Source: a virus
Lineage: Duplodnaviria; Caudoviricetes
Virus record (IMG/VR): IMGVR_UViG_3300020577_003668
Coordinates: 41,546-105,545 of that record
DNA: 64,000 bases
Reading direction: 5' to 3' (one strand)
Part shown: positions 31,839-42,019 of the stretch, in pieces
Layout of the letters: every line of letters begins with the position of its first letter
Position numbering within the stretch: the stretch's first letter is position 1
Notes under the pieces: generated by a model
What the model saw: only the letters and a program-made list of their open reading frames with translations
What the model was told of the DNA's origin: nothing
Database searches by the model: none
Program-made: the position numbers and the translations under genes

Positions 31839-32754
31839 TTATTACGCCGGAAATCCGATTATTTCCGATGAAGTATTTGATAGGTTATCTGAATCGGCAG
31901 GATATGACAAAGTTGGGGCTAAACAACATGAGCATCTTGAAAAGCACCTATACCCAATGTATAGCCTTCAAAAACACTATGAAGGAGAGGGCACTAGGCC
32001 TGTGCTACCAGGAACCCGAATTGATACAAGTCCTAAGCTGGATGGCGCTGCTATTAGCGCTCTCTATATTAATGGTGCTCTTGTACGTGTACTCACTCGT
32101 GGCGATGGCGTAGAGGGTACCATTGTAACTGATAAGTTTTTAGTTACTAAACTTATCCCACATTATATTTCTGATTCCTCGATTCCAGATATACTGCAAA
32201 TTACCGGAGAACTATGTGCTCCAAAGCATGTGGAAAATGCTAGAAACTATGCAGCAGGTGCATTAAATCTAAAAGACGTGAATGAGTTCCGCACACGTAG
32301 TGTTGAATTCTTTGCCTATGGAGTTAATCCTGTCCTCACGGATTCTTTTCAGCACGATATGATGATGCTGAAGTCGTGGGGTTTCAATACAGTAAAAGAC
32401 CCTGAACTGTGGAATATCTTCCCAACCGACGGTATCGTTCATAGACTGGATTCAAATAAAGAGTTCTACGAAGCAGGATACACTTCCAAACATCCTAAGG
32501 GAGCATTGGCAGTAAAAGAGCGTGGAGCTAGTGTTGAAACTAAATTACTAGATGTAATTTGGCAGACAGGAAAATCCGGTAAAGTGACTCCTGTAGCAAT
32601 CCTAGAGCCAGTACTAGTAGGTGATGCGATGGTCTCTAGAGCAACACTGAATAATATTGCGTTCATTAAAGCCCTGGAAATTAAAATCGGAGACACTATT
32701 GGGCTCATTAGAGCGGGTGAAATCATACCCCAGATCACGCACAAGGTTGTATAG
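31798..32754 (+). CDS. NAD-dependent DNA ligase, subunit A (adenylation and OB domains)
   Basis: YYAGNPIISDEVFD, PKLDG, TRGDG, RATLNN, RAGEIIP. Confidence 0.95.
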   Translation: MNKLTEFLNLAARNYYAGNPIISDEVFDRLSESAGYDKVGAKQHEHLEKHLYPMYSLQKHYEGEGTRPVLPGTRIDTSPKLDGAAISALYINGALVRVLTRGDGVEGTIVTDKFLVTKLIPHYISDSSIPDILQITGELCAPKHVENARNYAAGALNLKDVNEFRTRSVEFFAYGVNPVLTDSFQHDMMMLKSWGFNTVKDPELWNIFPTDGIVHRLDSNKEFYEAGYTSKHPKGALAVKERGASVETKLLDVIWQTGKSGKVTPVAILEPVLVGDAMVSRATLNNIAFIKALEIKIGDTIGLIRAGEIIPQITHKVV

Positions 32755-32831
32755 CTGATAAAATTTGTACTTGCAGCAGCAGTCCTTATGCGTTATAATT
32801 ATATCATACTAAGTAAAAAAGCAACATAAAT

Positions 32832-33581
32832 ATGGAAATTATTGAGCCTCAGCATTGCCCCTCCTGTGGTTACACATTAGAGAAAGTGCAAGACCAGTTA
32901 TTCTGTAGAAATGTGTCATGTACCGCTCAGGTTAATGGTAAGCTGGTACATTTTTGCAAGACACTTGGTATTAAAGGTATGGGCCCAAAAACTGTAGAAA
33001 AGCTACAGTTGGGCGATATTACAGAGATTTTTTATCTTGATCCTAGTGAACTAAGTGAGCTACTCGGCGACAAGATCGCCACTAAGCTTCTTGATGAAAT
33101 TGAACGAGCCAAGGAAGCTAGCTTCGCAACAGTTCTTGAGTCAATGTCTATACCATTAGTAGGAGGAGTAGCTTCTAAAAAGTTAGCCGCATTAGTATCC
33201 AATTTTGAAGAGATTACAGAAAAGAAATGCGAAGAAGCCGGATTAGGTCCTAAGGTTACTCAAAACCTAATGAGCTGGCTAGAGAACGAATACCTACAAA
33301 TACAAGAATTTTTACCGTTCTCATATACAGAAGCTGAAATAGAATCAGCTGGAAAAACAGTTTGTATTACTGGTAAACTAACATCTTACAAGAAGAAAGC
33401 AGATGCCGAGGGCGACCTAAGGGCAGCAGGCTTCAGGCTAGTAGATTCAGTGACTAAATCGCTGGATTATCTAGTGGATGAGGGTGATGGTACATCAGCA
33501 AAACGTAAGAAGGCCGAACAATACGGCATTACTATTATAACCGATCTAAACGATCTATTGAAAGAAATCAACAATGAGTGA
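32832..33581 (+). CDS. NAD-dependent DNA ligase, subunit B (Zn finger, HhH, BRCT)
   Basis: CPSC..C..C, IKGMGPK, VCITGKL, SVTKS; split as in T5. Confidence 0.93.
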   Translation: MEIIEPQHCPSCGYTLEKVQDQLFCRNVSCTAQVNGKLVHFCKTLGIKGMGPKTVEKLQLGDITEIFYLDPSELSELLGDKIATKLLDEIERAKEASFATVLESMSIPLVGGVASKKLAALVSNFEEITEKKCEEAGLGPKVTQNLMSWLENEYLQIQEFLPFSYTEAEIESAGKTVCITGKLTSYKKKADAEGDLRAAGFRLVDSVTKSLDYLVDEGDGTSAKRKKAEQYGITIITDLNDLLKEINNE

Positions 33582-34326
33582 AACAAAGAGCAAAAAGTGG
33601 AATGACGAAGCCGTAGCAACTCTTATGAGTGTTGTAGGTGGTGAATCTCCTGTATCAGCAGCTACCGTAGAAAAGGCTGCTGCCGCACTAGAAGTTAGTA
33701 CACGCTCAGTAGCTGCTAAGCTACGCCAGCTAGATATGGAAGTTGCTTCCCTAGCCAAGGAAAAGGTATCAACCTTTACTCCCGAAGAAGGTGAAGCGCT
33801 AGCTAAGTTTGTAACCGATAACGCTGGACAGTATACCTATAAGGAAATCGCTGAACAATTCCCAGGTGAATTTACTGCCAAGCAAGTACAAGGTAAGCTT
33901 CTAGCACTAGAACTTACTGACAAGGTTAAGCCTACTGAAAAGATTGAAGTAGCGCGTACCTATACTCCTGAACAAGAAGCAACCTTCATCAAGATGGCAA
34001 ATGCTGGTAAGTTCATCGAAGAAATCGCTATTACTCTGGGTAAAGAAGTAGCGTCTGTTCGTGGTAAGGCCCTAAGCCTAACTCGCAGCGGTGCAATTAC
34101 TCAGATTCCTAAGCAAAAGGAAAGTCATGCTAAGGATGTAGTTGATGCTGTAGCCGCTCTAGGCGACGCTGTTAAGACTATGACTGTAGAAGCCATTGCA
34201 GCCGCTGTAGACAAAACAGAACGCGGTGTTAGGACCCTCCTTACTCGCCGTGGAATTACGGTAGCTAACTATGACGGAGCCGCTAAGCAGGCTAAAGCCC
34301 GCGCTAAAGCTGAAACTGTAGCGTAA
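33574..34326 (+). CDS. T5 D5-like DNA-binding protein
   Basis: Repeated RSVAAKL/VQGKL/SVRGKAL helices; synteny. Confidence 0.88.
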   Translation: MSETKSKKWNDEAVATLMSVVGGESPVSAATVEKAAAALEVSTRSVAAKLRQLDMEVASLAKEKVSTFTPEEGEALAKFVTDNAGQYTYKEIAEQFPGEFTAKQVQGKLLALELTDKVKPTEKIEVARTYTPEQEATFIKMANAGKFIEEIAITLGKEVASVRGKALSLTRSGAITQIPKQKESHAKDVVDAVAALGDAVKTMTVEAIAAAVDKTERGVRTLLTRRGITVANYDGAAKQAKARAKAETVA

Positions 34327-34343
34327 TACTTATATATAAGTAT

Positions 34344-34375
34344 AAAGCACGGTAGAGAAATCTACCGTGCTTTTT
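34344..34375 (+). terminator. Rho-independent terminator
   Basis: aaagcacggtaga-gaaa-tctaccgtgcttt plus T tract. Confidence 0.88.
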
Positions 34376-34386
34376 CATGTAAAGGA

Positions 34387-35115
34387 TTGACTACGATGGA
34401 GATAGATCAGTTACCAAAAAATAGCGGTATTTACTGTATGTATTTTGAACAGATATACAATAAAGTATATATAGGATGTTCAATAAATATTCATAAAAGA
34501 ATAACGGATCATTTAGGTGATTTAAGAAGAAATAATCACTGTAATTACTTATTACAAAATGCATACAATAAATATGGTTGTCCCCAGGTAGAAGTATTAG
34601 AGTTATGCTCAGGTGAATTTTTAGCTGAAAAAGAAGTTAGTTATATTGAGGAGTTTGATTCATTTTATAATGGATTTAATCTTACCCCCGGCGCAGAAGG
34701 AAGGTGTTTTGGTGAAGATAATGGCGCAGCCAAATACACTGAAAAAGTATATAAAGCAGTATTATTTGAATTAGCCTATACTAATAAATCCTGCCAGCAA
34801 ATAGCAAATGAAATAGGTGTCACTAGAGGTATTGTAAAACAGATAAGTGGGTTAAAAACACACCACTATTTAAAAGAATCTTATCCTGAAGAATATAGTA
34901 TGATAGAGCGGAAACACAATACTAAGGATAACTCTGCAAAAAGCAAGGGCATAAGCTACCCTATTTTAATATCTCCTATCGGAGAAGAATTTCAGGTAGA
35001 GAATATACATAAATTTGCCGAAGAGCACAGTTTACAGTATCAAAATCTACATAAGGTATTAACAGGTAAGAGAAAGCATCATCTTAACTGGCACCTAAAA
35101 GGAACAGTTTTATGA
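34387..35115 (+). CDS. GIY-YIG homing endonuclease
   Basis: SGIYCM..VYIGCS..R..H..E..GFN. Confidence 0.92.
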   Translation: MTTMEIDQLPKNSGIYCMYFEQIYNKVYIGCSINIHKRITDHLGDLRRNNHCNYLLQNAYNKYGCPQVEVLELCSGEFLAEKEVSYIEEFDSFYNGFNLTPGAEGRCFGEDNGAAKYTEKVYKAVLFELAYTNKSCQQIANEIGVTRGIVKQISGLKTHHYLKESYPEEYSMIERKHNTKDNSAKSKGISYPILISPIGEEFQVENIHKFAEEHSLQYQNLHKVLTGKRKHHLNWHLKGTVL

Positions 35116-35411
35116 AAGTACACATTGAGTATTACGATGGGGATAGCTTTACAGTTGAAGAAGTAGTAAAGTTAGCGCAACATAATTATGGCAAGTCCGC
35201 CCATGTAGAAGTGCAGGCGGACTCTCCCGCGCCACACGACGAAATATACTTCGCTTTACAGCAGATGGTTACGTATAGACAGTTATCTTTATTGTATGAT
35301 AATAAAGACACGTATCAGAAGGATATTAAGATGCTGAGAGCGGAAGTACTAAGTAAACTAGAAGATATTCTTGACTCAGTAATTATTGATAATGAATCAA
35401 GGGTAGCATAG
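35112..35411 (+). CDS. Hypothetical protein
   Basis: ATGA overlap; precedes the helicase. Confidence 0.75.
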   Translation: MKVHIEYYDGDSFTVEEVVKLAQHNYGKSAHVEVQADSPAPHDEIYFALQQMVTYRQLSLLYDNKDTYQKDIKMLRAEVLSKLEDILDSVIIDNESRVA

Positions 35412-35415
35412 TATA

Positions 35416-36804
35416 ATGGATACTAGTGCAATTGTACTTAACAAATTGCTACTAGATCGCAACCTTGACGTATGGGCTAAACTAAAATTATCCTTCCTAG
35501 ATTCGGCATATGCTACTCTATATAGTGCTATTTCTAGACACTATGACAAATACTCAGCAGTACCTTCATTCGAAGAATTAGAGTTAGAAGCTAGGGATCA
35601 GAGTTGGACCAAGACATTAGCTGCAATTAAGCTAATAGACGAACCAGATATTAGTGCCGAGGTTGCACTAGACGCATTACTAGACCAATATACACAAAAC
35701 CAGGCAATAAATCTATTAGATAAATTCGTAGACAAACTACCAATTTACGATAGCGCAGAAATCAAAGAATCATTAGCTAACATAGTATTAACACTAGACG
35801 AGAAGACGCTAACTACAGAAGGCGTATATACCATGGCGGATATTATGTTATTCAAGAATAGTGCCGATCTAGCAAGGGATCGGGTATTCTTAGGGCTAAA
35901 TAACCAATTCGACTCGGTATTGGGCGGAGTTGCGCGGCAAGAACTTATCTTAGTCGGAGGTCCTCGTGGAAGTGGAAAATCTATTACTTCCAGCAATATA
36001 GCAGTTAATCAATATGAAATGGGAAATAGCAGTGTGCTGTTTACTATTGAAATGTTGGCCCACGAAGTACATGAACGTAACTGTGCAATCTTGGCTAATG
36101 TACCCTATATGGGACTGAAACAAGGTACACTTAGTGCGGAAGACTGGCTAAAAGTAGTTAAAGTACGCGCAGGAATGTTCGTAGATGCGGATGACCTAGT
36201 ACGCGAATACATTTTACATAGAGATAGATTCAAGTTTGAGTCTACTCTAGTCAAAGAAAAGTTACTAAAGCCAGATAATCAGATAATTATTATCGACGAC
36301 AGAGCTTTAACTCTTAGCTCTATTGACTTGCATTTAGGAAAACTAAAAGCAAGATTTGGTGATAAACTAAAGGTAGCAGTAGTAGACTACTTGAATCAGA
36401 TTATTCATGGAGAAGCTCAAAGAGATAGTAAGTTTGATTGGAAGAACCAAGTAGAGATATCCGGGGGGCTTAAGAACCAAGCTAGAAAGCATGATGTAGT
36501 ACTATTTAGTCCTTATCAGATTGATGCTAGTGGCGAGGCTCGCTTCGCTAAAGGCATATTAGATGCTGCTGATATTGCTATGATCTTACAAGCTCATGAC
36601 AAGGAAACAGGTGCTATGTCTTTCGATACTACTAAGATTCGTGGAGGTCCTCCGCTGAAGTTTACTAGCCCAATCAACTGGGAAACTTTGAGAATTAGTC
36701 CTGAATCAATTGAAAAGCCTGAAGCTAAAGAAACCGTTAAACGCGCAAAGAAATCAGAAAAAACTGGAGAAAGTGCAACTGATACTCCTCCATGGGGTGT
36801 ATAA
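35416..36804 (+). CDS. Replicative DnaB-like helicase (T5 D6-like)
   Basis: GPRGSGKS, FTIEM, VVDYLNQI, SPYQID. Confidence 0.93.
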   Translation: MDTSAIVLNKLLLDRNLDVWAKLKLSFLDSAYATLYSAISRHYDKYSAVPSFEELELEARDQSWTKTLAAIKLIDEPDISAEVALDALLDQYTQNQAINLLDKFVDKLPIYDSAEIKESLANIVLTLDEKTLTTEGVYTMADIMLFKNSADLARDRVFLGLNNQFDSVLGGVARQELILVGGPRGSGKSITSSNIAVNQYEMGNSSVLFTIEMLAHEVHERNCAILANVPYMGLKQGTLSAEDWLKVVKVRAGMFVDADDLVREYILHRDRFKFESTLVKEKLLKPDNQIIIIDDRALTLSSIDLHLGKLKARFGDKLKVAVVDYLNQIIHGEAQRDSKFDWKNQVEISGGLKNQARKHDVVLFSPYQIDASGEARFAKGILDAADIAMILQAHDKETGAMSFDTTKIRGGPPLKFTSPINWETLRISPESIEKPEAKETVKRAKKSEKTGESATDTPPWGV

Positions 36805-37659
36805 ATGAGTGATGCAGTAGCAAATCTATTATCAGCCAATAACATTAGTTTTATTCCATCAGGGAAAGATTACCTAATTAGGTGTTTAAATCCTGACCAC
36901 GATGATAATAATCCCTCGTGTAGGGTAGACAGACTAAGTGGAATTACACACTGTTTTTCGTGTGGTTGGAAACGAAACATATTTAAACACTTTGGGGTAT
37001 TCAATAGTAACACTCCAGTAAAAGTAGCAAAGTTAAAACAGAAATTACAAGACTTAAGAGACGCTAATATAGAAATCGGGCTACCTGATGGAGCTACTCC
37101 TTATACCCAGGTATTTAGAGGACTCAGTGTAGCGACTCTTAAACACTTCGGCGCTTTCTATACGCATAAGGTAGAAGCCCTAGAAGATAGAGTAGTTTTC
37201 CCAATTAAGGATATAACAGGAAGACTAGTAGCTACTATCGGTAGACACGTATTATCGGATGCAAATCCTAGATATAAGGTTTATCCTAGTGGCAAGCCTT
37301 TACCTCTATACCCTGCTTTACTCGAAGACAGTAATAAAAAGCTAGTCTTAGTAGAAGGCATACTAGATATGCTGAATCTATTCGATAAAGGAATGCGTAA
37401 TGTAGTATGTACATTCGGTACTAGTACTATTTCTACTGAAAACGTATCCACTAAGCTTATGCCTTACAGAGTACAAGGCGTTGAGAAAATCTACATAATG
37501 TATGATGGAGATAACGCCGGACGAGAAGCAGCAAAACATATAAAACCTATCATAGAATCAGATGGATTCATTGTGGAGGTTTTAGAACTAGAAGAAGGTA
37601 CTGATCCTGGAGATATGTCTCAGGAATCGGTAGATATGATGAAGGAATATACAAGTTGA
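36805..37659 (+). CDS. DNA primase
   Basis: CLNPDHDD..CFSC zinc finger; TOPRIM LVEG..D and YDGD.AG. Confidence 0.95.
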   Translation: MSDAVANLLSANNISFIPSGKDYLIRCLNPDHDDNNPSCRVDRLSGITHCFSCGWKRNIFKHFGVFNSNTPVKVAKLKQKLQDLRDANIEIGLPDGATPYTQVFRGLSVATLKHFGAFYTHKVEALEDRVVFPIKDITGRLVATIGRHVLSDANPRYKVYPSGKPLPLYPALLEDSNKKLVLVEGILDMLNLFDKGMRNVVCTFGTSTISTENVSTKLMPYRVQGVEKIYIMYDGDNAGREAAKHIKPIIESDGFIVEVLELEEGTDPGDMSQESVDMMKEYTS

Positions 37660-39941
37660 AAATAGTACTAATAGACAAAGCACCTTCTCGCAATGATTAC
37701 ACTAAATACTTTCCTTTCGAATTCGAACACTATCATATGAGTAGTGTTCCTATTGCTAAGTTATTAAAGAAAGACGTAGACTTAGATATTGATCTTGATC
37801 TATACGATCTAGTAATCTTAGTAGGGTCGGAAGCTGCTAAGGAATACGCTAAGATCACTAGTGTAACGAACTATGCAGGGCAGCTAATGCATGATAAGTT
37901 TGTTTGCATTAGTAATCCCGCGATGTTAATATTCAAACCAGAGGGTAAGCCAGAGTTTGAGCGCGCAGTAGCTAAAATAATTGGTTATGCCAATGGTAAG
38001 CAAGGCGATGTAGTAAGTGGTGACTTCAAAGGAATTGATAATGAAGAAGAAGCCTACGAGTTTCTTTGGGAAGTTCTAAATAACGGAACTAAGTTTGTAA
38101 GTATAGACACAGAAGGTACAGCATTATATCCTCGCGATGGATATGTACTGGGAATTTCGTTTACTTATAAACCAAAACAGGGTAGGTACATACTTACTGA
38201 TGTTTTAACCGATAGACACTTTTATCTAATACAACAAATTGTAGATAAGTTTGAAATCATATTTCACAATCTAAAGTATGACGTGAAAATGATTGAGTAC
38301 CATACACCTATTCGTTTCCGTAGAGATCACTCTCATGATACGATGGTTATGCATTATGTACTAAACGAGAATAGTCCACACGGTCTAAAGCCCCTGGCAC
38401 TAAAGTATACTAACTACGGTGATTATGACTCGCCTTTGGAGGAATTTAAGAAGTCTTACTGTGCGCAGCACGGTATACTGCAAGAAAACTTTACTTATGA
38501 CTTAATTCCCTTCGATATTATCTGCGTATATGCTAGTGTGGATACCGCGGTTACTTTTGAATTGGCAATGAAATTCTTGCCAATTATTGAGCAAAACGAT
38601 AAACTACGATCAGTGTACTACAATATATTGATCCCAGCCACATTCTTTCTGAATGATATTGAAGAAGTGGGTATTCCTATTTATAAAGCACGCATGACTA
38701 ATGCTGAAAAGTATTTAAATGATGCAATAGACGAGGCAAAAAAGCAGATCTATGAATATGAGGAAATTAAGGCGTTCGAGGCAGCTGAGGGTATTATTTT
38801 CAACCCTAACTCTGTTCAGCAGTTACGCAAAGTACTCTTTGATTATATGGGGCTCACACCCACGGGCAAGCTTACGGCGACGGGGGCCATCAGTACGGAT
38901 GCAGAAGTGCTTGAGGAACTTAGCGATGAGCACCCTTTACCGGCAGCTATACTCAAAGTTAGACAACTAGGAAAGATTAAGAATACTTATATCAGTAAGA
39001 TTTTACCGGAGTTAGACAGAGATGAGCGTATTAGGACCAATTTTAATCTTATTTTTACTACTTCCGGTCGTCTTAGCAGTAGTGGTAAGTTTAATGCCCA
39101 GCAAATTCCCAGAGACGATCCGATTATTAAAGGCTGCATCGCTGCCCCCGAAGGCTACTCGATTGTAAGTCAAGACTTACAGACGGGCGAGATGTTCTTT
39201 GCGGCCGTATTATCAGGAGACAAAAATTTACAAGCAGTATTTAAGTCGAAAGGAGACTTCCACTCAAGCATTGCGAAGATGGTTTTTGAATTACCTTGCG
39301 CAGTCGAAGATGTTAAGGCACTATATCCTGCTATGAGGCAGAGTGCCAAAGCTATTAGTTTTGGTATATTGTATGGGTCAGGTAAGAAAAAGGTAGCTGA
39401 AACAGTCAGTAAGGCTACTGGAGAGTATTATGGTGAAGATAGGGCTCAAGACGACATTGACGCATACTTTACTAAGTTTAAGCAATTAAAGAAGTGGCTT
39501 AAGTCTCGGGAAGAATTTATTAAAGCTAATGGCTTTACTTACTCATTCTTCGGGCGTAAGCGTCGCCTAGTAAACGTATTCTCAGCTGACAAGGGAATTG
39601 CCGCACACGAAGTTCGCTCAGGAATTAACTCCGAAGTACAGTCTATTTGCTCCGACGTAAACCTACTCGGAGCCATGGACACAGCAAGTGCAATCAAGCA
39701 TCTAGATGCTAAGATATTCGCACTAGTACACGACTCTATTGTAGCTATTGTTAAAGATGAGCATGTTGAAGAGTACTGCCAAATTTTAAAATATAACACC
39801 CAAAAAGATAGGGGCTGCTCCATAGAGGGCTGTCCTATCGGAGTAGACCAGGAAATTGGAAAGGACTATTCCTTTGGAAAGTTTGACAAAACCTATAAGC
39901 TTGATGGAGATAAGTTATCCCGTATTCCGACTGGGAAGTGA
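37656..39941 (+). CDS. Family A DNA polymerase with 3'-5' exonuclease
   Basis: DTE, HNLKYD, TSGRLSS, RQSAKAISFGILYG, VHDS. Confidence 0.97.
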   Translation: MKIVLIDKAPSRNDYTKYFPFEFEHYHMSSVPIAKLLKKDVDLDIDLDLYDLVILVGSEAAKEYAKITSVTNYAGQLMHDKFVCISNPAMLIFKPEGKPEFERAVAKIIGYANGKQGDVVSGDFKGIDNEEEAYEFLWEVLNNGTKFVSIDTEGTALYPRDGYVLGISFTYKPKQGRYILTDVLTDRHFYLIQQIVDKFEIIFHNLKYDVKMIEYHTPIRFRRDHSHDTMVMHYVLNENSPHGLKPLALKYTNYGDYDSPLEEFKKSYCAQHGILQENFTYDLIPFDIICVYASVDTAVTFELAMKFLPIIEQNDKLRSVYYNILIPATFFLNDIEEVGIPIYKARMTNAEKYLNDAIDEAKKQIYEYEEIKAFEAAEGIIFNPNSVQQLRKVLFDYMGLTPTGKLTATGAISTDAEVLEELSDEHPLPAAILKVRQLGKIKNTYISKILPELDRDERIRTNFNLIFTTSGRLSSSGKFNAQQIPRDDPIIKGCIAAPEGYSIVSQDLQTGEMFFAAVLSGDKNLQAVFKSKGDFHSSIAKMVFELPCAVEDVKALYPAMRQSAKAISFGILYGSGKKKVAETVSKATGEYYGEDRAQDDIDAYFTKFKQLKKWLKSREEFIKANGFTYSFFGRKRRLVNVFSADKGIAAHEVRSGINSEVQSICSDVNLLGAMDTASAIKHLDAKIFALVHDSIVAIVKDEHVEEYCQILKYNTQKDRGCSIEGCPIGVDQEIGKDYSFGKFDKTYKLDGDKLSRIPTGK

Positions 39942-40428
39942 AAAACCACTAGTTGAGGATGGAGTAGTGTTATATCTATCTAGAGTTCGCGATGAAGATT
40001 CTTCAGAGATAAGAACTACTTATAAAATTATCGATGACCAGAATGTGCCAGGTGACTCCCTGGCAGCCAGAAGGCTCCGCCTTCTAAGCGATAGCGTACC
40101 GCTTAAAAAGCTTAGTGTTGCTATATTTTTTCTCGGTGATCTTATCAAACTTGCCAAAAGCTCGACGTGGTTTATAGATTCAATGGGCAACGTTTTTCGT
40201 TATCTAAAATCAACAAGAGTAGTTCTAGAAATCAAACGTATTACTAGAACTATTCTTATTCCTAGTGGTGGGGCAATAATAGAAGTTGAAGGTTTACCTT
40301 CGAGATTTAAGTGTATGTACAAACCTGCTGCGGACGAAAAATACGCAGGGATAATTAAATATGGACTGTCCTATATCTTATACGGGTTCTATACCGAGAA
40401 ACTGGACAATACCTGGAGATTAATATGA
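39904..40428 (+). CDS. T5-like conserved protein between polymerase and D10
   Basis: YPVFRL..LAARRL..FIDS; synteny. Confidence 0.75.
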   Translation: MEISYPVFRLGSEKPLVEDGVVLYLSRVRDEDSSEIRTTYKIIDDQNVPGDSLAARRLRLLSDSVPLKKLSVAIFFLGDLIKLAKSSTWFIDSMGNVFRYLKSTRVVLEIKRITRTILIPSGGAIIEVEGLPSRFKCMYKPAADEKYAGIIKYGLSYILYGFYTEKLDNTWRLI

Positions 40429-40658
40429 AAATTAGCGAAGTTACTATCTACAAACTAGAGGCTACTGATACGGAAGTAGAAAATATATACTATTTAATAG
40501 AAGGACCGTATTATCGAATTGATAGTAAATGGTACTATACTGAACCAAATAGGAATAGAATATATCCATTAGGTAATGGTGAAGAATACTTACCTGAGAA
40601 ACTAGAGACTAATTTTCAAGATATGATGCCATTTAAAGGTCAATTGGAGTTGTTTTGA
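40425..40658 (+). CDS. Hypothetical protein
   Basis: Overlap-coupled on both sides. Confidence 0.65.
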   Translation: MKISEVTIYKLEATDTEVENIYYLIEGPYYRIDSKWYYTEPNRNRIYPLGNGEEYLPEKLETNFQDMMPFKGQLELF

Positions 40659-41002
40659 AAGCTGTAATATCAGATCGTATCTATCTAAAAGGTACGCCTG
40701 AGCTAATAGATAGTATTAAGAAGAAACTTACTTATCGTATTGAAACTAAAATATCTGGTAGAGGAGGTAAAACTCAACTATCTGTGGATATTATTCGTAA
40801 CTACAAACAACTACCGCGCGATGTACTGTCTATCCCACGCGGACGCATTGATCTAGTACCAACAGATTATGAGATTGTAGATAAGCGAGTATTAAACTTC
40901 GCTGACTTTCCGGAACCTAGGCATAGTTTGCGGGAAGGGCAGCAAGCAGTATACGATGAAGTAGATAGCGATTGCTTCATTAATGCTCTAGTTGGCTGGG
41001 GT
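40655..41002 (+). CDS. D10-like SF2 helicase, exon 1
   Basis: Ends INALVGWG, the first half of Walker A. Confidence 0.9.
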
Positions 41003-42019
41003 AGCCCGATCAAGTCTTGCCCTCTTAATAAGTAATTATTAAGTAATTAAACTCGCTCAATTGCTGGAAGGCCTTCGGGATAATCAGCAGCCAGAATAGG
41101 TAGGAATACTTATAAATGGTTCAGAGACTGACAGTATTTCCAGAACGGAAATAGCTGCGATACTAGAAATAGTATAACACGGCGAGCATCTTTTACGTAT
41201 TCAATCCACATATGGGAATACAACATGAATGAATTAACAAAAGAATATTTTCTATCTCTAAGAGAACAAGGTCTAACTTTTAAACAAATAGGAGAACTAT
41301 TTGGGTTAACGGAGAGACAAGTCAACTATAGAACAGTTAATAAATGGGGTTTAGATTATTCAAAGAAGAAAAAACTAAATGAGTTCTTCTTTAGTAGTGG
41401 TACTAAAGCTTCCTATTATTGGGCAGGTATGCTGGCTGCGGATGGTTGGATAGAGGGAGATAGGAATAGAATTGGTTTAGCTTTACAGAAACAAGATATA
41501 GATCATTTATATAAGTTTAAGGAAGCAGTATCTTCAGAACACGATGTATGCCCATTCATGAATGGTAGTGCATATAGAATTAGATTTAATAGTATACAAA
41601 TGGTGGAAGATTTAAAAAATATTTTTAATATTACACCAGCAAAGACGCATACTTATAGTATGCCTTTATTCGAAGATACTTATCTAATGTTAGAATTCCT
41701 TAGAGGATATATAGATGGAGATGGTCACTTACAGAAAACGGATTCTGGTAAAGTAGCACTACATCTTTGTTCTGCTAATAGATTATTTCTGGTAGAGTTT
41801 AAAGAAATATGTGAATACCTACTAGCTAGAACTATTAACCAAGAAGTAAATCTTAATGTTAATTCAAAAGGACAGGTATATACTATCAGATTAGTTTTGG
41901 AGGATAGCAAAGAAATTATAAAACTTCTTTATGCTAATTCTACGGAAAAAACTAGATTAAATAGAAAATATATAACCGCTTTATGTGTATTAAAAGATGA
42001 AGGTATAGTCCAATAAAAG
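41003..42019 (+). mobile_element. Group I intron (IA2-like) in the D10 helicase gene
   Basis: Exon ends in U, intron ends in G; IGS gtctt-gccct (41014-41023) pairs both exons; P aattgctggaa, Q aatcagcag, R gttcagagact, S aaggtatagtcc. Confidence 0.93.
41225..42016 (+). CDS. Intron-encoded LAGLIDADG homing endonuclease
   Basis: WAGMLAADG and FLRGYIDGDG motifs. Confidence 0.93.
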   Translation: MNELTKEYFLSLREQGLTFKQIGELFGLTERQVNYRTVNKWGLDYSKKKKLNEFFFSSGTKASYYWAGMLAADGWIEGDRNRIGLALQKQDIDHLYKFKEAVSSEHDVCPFMNGSAYRIRFNSIQMVEDLKNIFNITPAKTHTYSMPLFEDTYLMLEFLRGYIDGDGHLQKTDSGKVALHLCSANRLFLVEFKEICEYLLARTINQEVNLNVNSKGQVYTIRLVLEDSKEIIKLLYANSTEKTRLNRKYITALCVLKDEGIVQ

